A stretch of 64,000 nt of DNA, from positions 8,308,001-8,372,000 of the forward strand of contig JAQFVV010000006.1 in NCBI GenBank assembly GCA_028023455.1. The letters are read 5' to 3'. This DNA is from Epiperipatus broadwayi. Lineage: Eukaryota; Animalia; Onychophora. Position 1 is the first letter of the stretch, and each line of letters begins with the position of its first letter. A program made the position numbers and the translations under genes. Shown here in pieces: positions 54,460 to 64,000 of this stretch. The notes below the pieces were generated by a model, which saw nothing but the letters and a program-made list of their open reading frames with translations, was not told the origin of the DNA and made no database searches.

Positions 54460-54520
54460 TATAACAGCAGCAAACTCTCCATACAGTAGTGCCACCAAGT
54501 GCAAGCCTTAGTAATCAATG
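54460..54520 (-). mobile_element. Family B terminal fragment
   Basis: caaactctccatacagtagtgccacc..gtgcaagccttagtaatcaatg matches 44272-44312 and 25775-25825. Confidence 0.75.
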
Positions 54521-55267
54521 TAAGGAGATTTTGCTCTAGCTATTAAATATTTTTAAATTTAGATTAATTACTTTTCTTGGTTTTCAAACTAATGAAAGCA
54601 CAATATCATTTATGCTTAATAAGCTACCCACAATGCTGTTAATCTGAAGTTATGTTTATGCTGTTATTCTAATGTGCAATCTAAGTGGTTTTACTAATTT
54701 TACCTCTGCAAAGAAATAAATAATGTAATATCAGTTACCAGAGAAGTCAAGACATATTTGAGGAATGATTGATTATGGTCAAACATAAGTATTCAACCAT
54801 GCACTCAATTATCTAAAATTTATGTCCAAAGACAGAGAACATATTTCCAAAATATTTGTAAACTATGTCATCAAGAATCTGGTGCCCTGGGAGGTTTGGT
54901 AGAGAGTCGAAGTCTAGACCTCGTGAATCTTATACTTCCAGTGCTCAAACTTTTAATGAACTCTTGAGTAATAAATAATTCATTTGATCTTATCAAGAAA
55001 CTCATAATCACATTACAAGCTATTATTGTTTTATGTTTATTATTACTTTTAAAAAAAAATTCAATTGCGAAAATGACAAATGTGGAAAAGAGTTTTATGA
55101 AAAAAAAAGGAATTTTGGATGGCATTTTCACAAGAAGTAAATATTTCCAAATTTCAGCCTACCAACAGTGTCATTATGGGTTTAGCAGAGTTATCATGAA
55201 AATGGAACTTTGACATGATGTTATTGCAAATGAAATTTCAACAATACCATGAACAATATGATAAACA

Positions 55268-55372
55268 GTCTTGCATTGGTGGTCGAGAGGTCAGCACGAC
55301 TGCCTTGCACTTGCAGGCAGTTGCCCGGGTTGCGGGTTTGCGTCCCGGCTGGTGCTATGACACTTTTAAAAA
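55268..55372 (+). mobile_element. SINE-G copy 5 with 13-bp TSD
   Basis: TSD aatatgataaaca at 55255-55267 and 55373-55385. Confidence 0.88.
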
Positions 55373-56162
55373 AATATGATAAACAATCAGTGTTTATATA
55401 TTCTGAAGAGCATCTAACATTCGAACCCTGGGGTGACCATCAATCCAGCCTTGATCAATCTCTTCACAGCTGTGTAAACCTACAATGGCAAAATATTTAA
55501 AAGTATAGAAGGATATTTAAAAGTATTATGAGTATTAGCATGATAATCTTGAATATACTCCCATTTTTTGAAATTAAGGTTTCTTTGCCAATCCATATTC
55601 AAAGACACTTGCACGATTTGTTTAGCTTATTTATTATCTTACACCACACTTGGGAGTAATGTTAAAAATTCAACAAATCAACCCTTTCTACTGAATTAAG
55701 AATTAGAGGATCAGTTCCAGAAAAAGATAAAGTTTCAATGAACGCTATGTGCACATTTATTTTCAACAAGTATTGTAAATAAATTCCTTCTGAGTTTCTG
55801 ACTCGAGAGTACACATCCTTGATTTGCATTCAGGAAATCATGGTTCAGACAGCGAACTGAATAGAACTATGTCTAAGAGTTGATTACAATTAACTGATCG
55901 TCATTTTTCAAAGAAATGAAATGTTGCAAAAAAAGGATTTACAGTAATTGAAATAATATATGAAGATTAGTTTTAAGAAATGGTGCATTAAATGAATTGA
56001 GCATAATAGCATTAAAAGATGAGCAAGAAAACCATTATATAAGTAAATACACAATGTGCATAATATGTAAATGCATGTTTGTTTTATCTGATTGGAAGAC
56101 TAGATAAATGATAAACATTGATAACTATAAAAAATATACCAGTAAAAGGTAAATGACCTTCA

Positions 56163-56200
56163 TGATGCATTTTGCACTGAACCAATACTCATCAGTTGGC
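56163..56200 (-). ncRNA. Family C hammerhead (G12A)
   Basis: gccaa CTGATGA gtattg-gtt-cagtgc AAAA tgca TC. Confidence 0.6.
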
Positions 56201-56785
56201 CTCAGTTCCAAATTTATTTATATGATTGGAAGATATGTGGTAAAATGAAAGTGTATTTTTAGAAAAAAAGTGGAATAAAGGTTGAATCAATTATTCCACA
56301 TGATTATATATAATAACAGACATATTCACCATTAATTAAAATATAAGTGAATATCTACACTAGAAACGGTAAAATTTCTAGCCTGAAACTGGTGTCATCC
56401 TTGAATAAGCGTATGTTAGCACATCGTCATAGTGAATTGTAATGATTATAATTTTATTTCTTCTTGTATTAACTGAGTATATGGAAACCATTATCAAATG
56501 TAATCTACATAATAAAAAATAATCAATTTACCAATTGCTAATACAGCTGTCTATCAATAAACACTCACGTTTTGGTCAGAAACCTACTTTTCCTACTTTC
56601 TACTACTGCTAATACTATAGTTTCTACTGCTACTATTACTAATAATGATAATTTAATTTAAATACCATTACTACCATCATAATCATCATTACTACATTTT
56701 TATTTACATTTGTAAATAAAATTGTAACAATTTACTATTAATAAATGCTAAATACTAAAGATATATGTGAGAGATTGTGACATGG

Positions 56786-56828
56786 GCCAACTGATGAGTG
56801 CTAAGTTAGCATGAAATGCATCTTAGGG
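56786..56828 (+). ncRNA. Family C hammerhead, core intact
   Basis: gccaa CTGATGA gtgcta-agt-tagcat GAAA TGCA TC ttagg, with palindromic TGCA and a compensatory pair in stem II. Confidence 0.8.
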
Positions 56829-57798
56829 AATATTTTTCTTTTAATGTGTTTTTATTTGTGTGTTTCAGGAAAGTGTGGTAAAGTGAAGGTTATTAAGTGC
56901 ATCATCATCATCATCATCATTATTAATTTGTTCCATGTCCTGACCTCTTGAAGTTCATTTATAGTTGCAAATTGATTTATATCAAAGCAATGAAGCCCCA
57001 GTAACATGAGCTTGATAATTCCTCGATTTAGAACAACTATGCAATCAAAAATCCAATTAATAATATGTAAATACCAAATTTCATTAATTTCACATACAAT
57101 TGTTTCTAAAAGAAAACAAACTTGCAAATGATATTAGAAAAAAAAACTCACTTCATGATAAAGATTTAAACCTTTTTTAGTATCATAATGTATATATTTT
57201 TTTCTTCTCTGTTTTGTTCTGATGCTTGCCAGTAAGTATTAATCATCATTCTAAGTTTGGCATAAATGACATAGATTGTCAACTTATGCCTCTTTATGAT
57301 TTGAATCCCAATGCAAAATGACAACTCGTACTCATTTGTATTTTTTATAAATTTATTTAAAATTTGGATGTGGTCTACTGCGCAATAATTGCTTTTAAAT
57401 TTGATTTGTTGTTTTCTTTGTTCCTATGGGTAATTTGCATGATCTTAGTGAATATCTTATTTAGAATTGGTAAAATATTGAAAGATATGTAATTTCTAAT
57501 ATCTTATTCTCCTCCATTCTTAATTATCAGCATCACTATTGTGTTATTCTAGTTACTGGATATAGTGTCATTATTTCCTTCAATTTCCCTATTCCTTTAT
57601 CAGCTTTTTTTTTTTAAAAAATATAAGAATTCCAGCATTTTCCGAAGCATTCTTACTGATATTAATTTTATTCTATGAGTTTTTTTGTTTTTATGTTGTT
57701 TATTGCAATAAAAGTTTTGTTTGTCATCCCTAACTGTACCATCTTTTTTTCTTAATTAGCCGAATAACATTTCTTCCAATTACAAGATATCATTTTAT

Positions 57799-58275
57799 AT
57801 TAACTAAAAGTTATCTATTGAGTGGAAAATCTGAAATTTTCAGAGACCTACATGTCTTCAAACCCAGTTATCCAACTCAAATGGCTATATGGGGCTGAGA
57901 AATCTTCAGCCATACTATATATTAGTAGTCTTAGCAATATAATATCGCATAAGACTTAAGGCAGAGACTATAAATAGTCAAAATAAGTCATAGCTCACAT
58001 GACCCTACTCTCTTAAACTTGTAAGTTATAAACAATGAGGATTGCCAATTCCTCAACAAGCTTTGTGATAAATGCTTAGCTAGAGAAAGCATTTAAAATA
58101 TCTATCAGCCCCCCCCCCCAAATCTCTGACCATGGTTTTGTGCTCTGGCACTCCTCAGAGAGGTGCTAGGGTAGGTTCAGACACTAGATCTATTTGAGTT
58201 GGATAGCTGGCTTTGAAGACATGTACGTGTCTGAAAAATTCAGATTTTCCACTCAATAGATAAATTTTAGTTAAT
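57799..58275. mobile_element. Non-autonomous TIR element (MITE-like), ~85-bp TIRs, 8-10 bp TSD
   Basis: TIR attaactaaaa.ttatctattgagtggaaaatctgaa...; TSD cattttat(at) at 57791 and 58276. Confidence 0.88.
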
Positions 58276-58829
58276 CATTTTATATATTTGGGATTTTTAA
58301 TTTTTTATTATAGTCATCTTGCCATTTCACACTTATATTTATATATAAACATAAATAGTAATATTTTTTTTCATACCATTTTACAGAATTCTATACATAT
58401 CCAGTTCTGTTCATTTTAAATTATTTTTATACTATTCCCTTTCTACATATGTTACTATCTTTCAATTGAACATTTTTCGGTGAACTGCTACATTTTTGTC
58501 ACTGTTATTTGTGTAGCAATTTTTATTTGAATATTAATTATTTTATGGATCTCAGTCAAGTCTCGCCCATCTTCAAAGCCTATTAATAATTTAAAATCAA
58601 ATTCTAGTTTAGATTTACTGCAATAATTCTGAAGATTAGGGGTACCACTTATTAATACACCTTTTCTTATTAGCTTTTGTTTTTCTCAAGTTTTGAATTA
58701 ATGACATATCTTACATCTAACTAATTGATGATAACTTGTTATGCTGGATGAATTAATCACATTAAAATCTTCGAATAGCTAATTTCTGTTATGAAATATA
58801 ATCCAAATATGCTTGGATTATATCTTGAT

Positions 58830-59460
58830 TTGGATGCTACCACATCCATTTAACATTAGAATATTTCTTATAATAACTGTATACAGCATTTCTCTTTATT
58901 CTCAATTCTTTCTATCTCCATAAACAAATCTAAACAAAGAAGACTTTTAACCAATTGTAGCTCTATATTTTCTATGCTAATTTTAAAATGTTATTTTGTC
59001 TGATCAAAAGCAATTTACATATCATTGTAGAAATCTTCTAGATTATTTTTACTGCAAATTAATATGGCATACACATGCATGATTTGCATTTAACATTTTA
59101 TAATACACTACATAACTATGATATGCCATCAAATTTCATTATGTTGCTCTTTTATTTGTAATTTGTAAAAAAAATCCAACATCACTTGTGCTTCCAATGT
59201 GTGTGCCTTTATAGTAAAGTACTTCTCCACTTTTCAAACCAATTGTCTTTCTAACTTCACAAAGAGCAACAGTATATCCTTTAACATCTCACAGTTTTTG
59301 TTCCAATTCATGCATTCTTCCTTCAGTTTGAAAGTGATCTATAATTGTAGGTAATTAAGTAAAAGGCCATCCTCAAATGGCAGTCTAGGTCCATAATTCA
59401 TCAATTCTTAATACTCTCTACCTTCTGTAACTAACTACTGATAATTTTACCACCTCTGGT
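58830..59460 (-). mobile_element. Degraded RTE 5' (APE) region
   Basis: Antisense similarity to 27520-28250. Confidence 0.75.
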
Positions 59461-60021
59461 TAGAAGAAACATAATCTGTTTGTGCTAATTGTAAATATTT
59501 AAATCACATATATATTCACCCAACAGATGCCTTACTTACTACCTATCTGAAAAGGATGATCATGGTGTATTATTGGTTTATAACTTAAAAGTAAAAGTCA
59601 GTAAATTAATCAAGCTAGTTAATGTCTGTTAATAAACAACCTATCCATGTTTGCTTACCATATGAATAATAACAGGTATAATGGTAAGAACATATAGAGG
59701 GAATATTTCGGAATTTGCCCTGATTAATTCTTTTATGACCTTAAAATGGCATGAAATAAGAAGGGCTGGGTGGGAAATGGAGAAACAGAAAGAAACTAGA
59801 AGTCTGTTTATATTGGATACCTTACTATATTTTTAATAATCCGCATAATAATTTACAAGGTAGCAGGTTGACTGGTAGATGTTTAATGGCTATTCACAGT
59901 TAATTCAAACCTTTGCCAACTGCTGATCACATTTAAAGCCTGTATCCAGCACCAATATTAATTAAATATGTAATAAATTGCAAATACTAATGGAAAATAG
60001 ATTAAAAAAATTTAATATATT

Positions 60022-60197
60022 TTAAGCTACAATCTTAAAACTATGCACCTGAAAAAACGACAATAAGGACCTCTGCAAATCTTTAACACAAGATTTATTT
60101 CAAAGACAAGAGCAGCTCTTGTTTTTTAAATAAATCTTGTGTTGCAGAGGTCCCTACTGTTGTTTTTTAAGGCGCATAGTTTTAATGTTGTAGCCTT
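60022..60197. repeat. About 175-bp near-perfect palindrome
   Basis: taagctacaatcttaaaactatgc..ggacctctgca..aacacaagatttattt..gagc|agctc.. is mirrored. Confidence 0.85.
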
Positions 60198-60726
60198 AAT
60201 ATATACATTACTTTAAAGTAACGAGTATGCGCTTTATAAATATAATTATAAAAATGTAATGGAAAGTTAAAATTAGACAGTGTGGAAGACATCAGAAAGA
60301 AATTCACTACAAGAGAAGTTAAAGACAGCAACATGAAATAAATAGAATAACGGATTAACATTTTATCTAGGTAGATATATTTGTTTTATAAATTTCATTA
60401 CAAAACCCATCTCTACTGCATCATTGTTCAATCTTTATATTTCCTTTTTCCTCTTGCAGTTGAAATGGCTATACTCTTTTGAAAGTGGTTACTGTTGTTA
60501 ATTAATATAAAATAGAAGTATAGATGATCCCCATAAACTATGGCATGCCTACAATACAGTTTCATTCTAACACAGTGTGAGAATTAAGAGGAAAAACCCC
60601 TAAAACATGGCATTCCTACATGGTTTGAGGTGAAGAACCCCCCCCCCATAACACAATATTCGTACAAGTTTTAACAATTAGGAAAATTCATGTATAACCA
60701 CCCAAAAATGTTACAAAAGGAAAAAC

Positions 60727-60790
60727 CATTTCGTTGTGACGTCATTCGATTTCGTTGTGACGTCATTCGATTTCGTTGTGACGTCATCAG
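60727..60790. repeat. 3 x 21-bp tandem repeat, each unit containing TGACGTCA
   Basis: TGACGTCA at 60737, 60758 and 60779. Confidence 0.95.
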
Positions 60791-61439
60791 ATCAGATTTT
60801 GCACAGAATTTTAGAATTTATTACAATTTTAAATTCATTTTATATTTGCGGAGTATTAATTCTTTAACATTTTGACTGTTTTCTAATTTTTACTACATAG
60901 ATTAAAAAATTTCTGGTATGTAGTACAAATATGTAATACTTTTGATCAATTATTGTTTTAATAAATGTATTTTTCTTAGTTACAAAATGCAAATACTATA
61001 GGCTTTTTTTAACTTTTATAACATAACCCTGTTTTTGTATTAGTTATTTGTTTCGTATAACACGAATTTGCTTGCTGGCATTTTTTAGAAACCTATTGAC
61101 TGTGTCATATGCGAGTTGCTTGTACTTTAAATAATTTTTAAAAAGATATAATATATATTGTAGATCCTAAAAAATATAAAACTGCAAAAAATCCTTTAAT
61201 TAATAAAAAAATATTAGAAGAGGGAAATAAAAAATTCAATAAAACAAGAAAAAAAAAACTTCAACAATAAATTTAGACAACAGACAGACAAAATTAGATA
61301 AGGAAAATATTAAAAAAAAGGAATATAGAAATATTTTAAAACAGCAAATGAAGACAGCAGACAGATAAAGCATGAAAAAAAAATGATTTGAAAAGAAATG
61401 TAAGAAAATGATGAATTACAGAATAGATTTGATTTCAAA

Positions 61440-61630
61440 TAAGGCAGAATACGCTCTGGATTCCAAGAGATTGTAAAAGACCCAGAAAAGACCGTGAGAT
61501 TGATGGATGAAATAAGAAAGTGTGCAGGGGTGATATGGAGAAGAGAAGCTAAAGATCGGAGAAGTTGGAATGAACTTGGAGAGATCTTCATCCTGCAGTG
61601 AATTGATAATGGTTGATGATAATGATGATG
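61440..61630 (+). mobile_element. RTE 3'-end fragment
   Basis: Matches 30290-30463; (TGA)n-like tail. Confidence 0.9.
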
Positions 61631-62229
61631 AGAAATGTAGATTTATAAGATTTAGCCAATAACTAGAATAAAAACAGATTAATTAAATTGGTGTTAGAGA
61701 ACTTTTTAAATGTGCATGCCAAATATATTTATCGAATTGCTGAAAGCCCTGAGCAGTTTTTCAATAAGGTAAAAAATAATAAAAACTTATTACAGAATTT
61801 TATTGAGATAATTTTAAAACTCATAGTATAATTTTAAAAGAAAATTTTTTTGAATGAGATTACATTTTATGCTAAATACATTATATAATCAGGATCATAT
61901 TTTGTTATAATAAGTCAAATAATAACTAAATTCATCAGTCGTCCTATTTCTGAATCTGTTTTTTTTTTAAATTAATTTCTGAAAATAACCACCCACATGC
62001 TTACGTAGAGGGGAAATTTGATAATATAGGTGTCGCTAGTGTTTTTAAACAACTGAAGATTCTGGGAATGGCAATCCAAGATTTTAATATTTCTTCTTTA
62101 GCATTTTATTTTTTATTATACCCAATAATCGATCATTTTCGATCTTTTTCAAGTCATTTCTCAAATCAACAAACTTTTATTTCTATATAGAAATGGACTG
62201 GTAATCAGTCCAATTCAATATGATCCTAA

Positions 62230-63500
62230 CATAACCACTCAAGAATTTACAAATTTGTTGACTGATGTTTATGTCTGGATATAAAATAAATTTTCATATT
62301 TCTCCAAATTACCTCAACTGCAGAAATTCTACTTGTATATATATATTTTGTATATGCAAAATATTTATATTTATTTGAAATAACATTATAATGTCTAATT
62401 TACCTTTGAATGCTCTGATTAAATTAATCGTTAGAATAATTATTTCCTTAATATCTTGCAATTTAATATTTAATTCATTTGAATGGAAGCACAAATCAGT
62501 AAAAAACATTAATTTTGAATGCCTCTGACATCCATCAATTCACTGTATTTTTCAATTATATTATAATGATGTAAAAAAAAAGTAATTTCTTTAAAATAAG
62601 CAACAAATCTTTGAAAAACTTTTTCCACAACTTAATCAGTGGATATTATTGTACAAAAGAAAACTGCTATATAATAAGTTTACATCATTTGGACAGGTCC
62701 AGAATTTTTGTTTATTTAAAATATGTGCAGGTAGAAAATTGATTAACTTTGTTGCAAAGTTTACAATATTTTCCAGTATCTCGAAACTAACTTTGGAACA
62801 TGAAACCTCCTGATGTATAGAGCTGTGAAAATCCATAACTGCATACATTTGGAAAATATATGGACAAAACCACTCTCATATCCAATCATATTGTGAGCAC
62901 GGTTAGTTGTTATTGATATAATTTTGGAAAGATGTATTTCTTTTTCAGCAAATACATTTACAATTGCATTGCAAATACCTATTCCATTGTTGCTGCTACT
63001 AACAATGTTAAAACTGATTAATTCCTCCTTGATATTATTCATAATACAATAATGAATAAAAATCATTAAACGAACTGTTCCAGTTACGTCAGTAATTTCA
63101 TCATGACAGTGAAACGTAAAAGTGGAACTTTACATCTATTTTTTTCTAATTGGTTATTCTTTTAGCCACTTCCAAGATTCTATCTTTTAACATATTTCTT
63201 ACCAAAAGCATATCTTTTATTCTTTGAATAATTTTATTTTTTGTTTTAAATAGATTTAAAAAGGATAGGTACACATTTAAATCTTTCTTGTTTTGAATAT
63301 TCACCATCATCAAAAGATTTACCCTGTTTGGCAATTATGTTTGTGCAATAAGCAGCGGTTATAGTAGAGTGACTGATGTTTAATTAGGGATATTCGCTGA
63401 GCATCTTTATTTTAAATAGCCTGTGCAATAAATTATTTTTGTTCTTCTTTATCAAGAAGAGATACACATGGTTTGTTTCATAATGCCATTTTAATGACGT
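62230..63500 (-). mobile_element. hAT (SPIN/Charlie, GTF2IRD2-like) transposase remnant
   Basis: IISITTNRAHNMIG..GFV, DFHSSIHQEVSC and FFTDLCFHSNELNIKLQ resemble SITTDGAP.M.G, FHCIIHQEALC and FL.DI..HLN.LN.KLQ. Confidence 0.85.
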
Positions 63501-64000
63501 TACACATAAAGCTCAAACTGCTTTACTGCTTTATTAATTATACCATCTTTTCCTGATCACCAACTCCAGAATTAACTATGGCTTAATATCGATCATTTTT
63601 GGTTTTTACATACACTGCCCATTTAATTAAAATGGTTTTCTTAAAACAAAATAAAAAATACTGAGAAAAATCTCTATAAAAAATAATTTGTAAATTTTTT
63701 TACTTTTAAATGCATCCACATATAATATCAGCATATGTACTACATTTGATACACGTGTGCACAAACAATATGTTTACTGCTTTGCACATTGCTGGTCCAT
63801 GTTGCGGTACATGCCGCTATTGACACAAATTTAAATGCATGCAAGATTAGAGATGACGGTAGAGACATGTATCTACTACAAAACAGAGTGCAATATGGGA
63901 ATTCAAATAACTTTTTGTTAATTTTTCTGGCATGAAAACTTTTAAATAATTATTAACAAATAATTTTAATAAACTATAGACTAATAATAATATCATTTAC

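Noticed and set aside
60727-60790. CRISPR-like array (also the 40-bp and 21-bp duplications at 11419 and 52122)
   Set aside because: These are head-to-tail tandem units without unique spacers, there are no cas genes, and the context is eukaryotic.

Overview
Very AT-rich eukaryotic (animal, probably invertebrate) DNA, mostly intronic/intergenic and dense in transposon debris; nothing looks prokaryotic and there is no CRISPR array. Assignable content: a degenerate Penelope-like element (PLE, RT then GIY-YIG) in partial-tandem form (3.8-7.1 kb), a second older PLE on the minus strand, a near-intact RTE LINE (27.5-30.5 kb) plus several fragments, a Jockey/CR1-like LINE, an Ingi/Vingi-like remnant, pogo and hAT transposase remnants, two tRNA-derived SINE families, foldback elements and long microsatellites. 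A few phase-compatible + strand exons suggest an unidentified host gene ending at 46027. The main hidden signal is a set of at least 13 minimal type I hammerhead ribozyme (HHR) motifs in three distinct repeat families (A, B, C). Most sit in an 'inverted partial copy + full copy with a ~45-nt tail' layout. Family B has 12-13 bp target-site duplications (TSDs) and carries an HHR on each strand; families A and C are coupled to tRNA-like Pol III A/B boxes. This looks like a PLE-driven set of non-autonomous ribozyme elements (retrozyme-like). All structures and boundaries were read by eye; no searches or folding programs were run.
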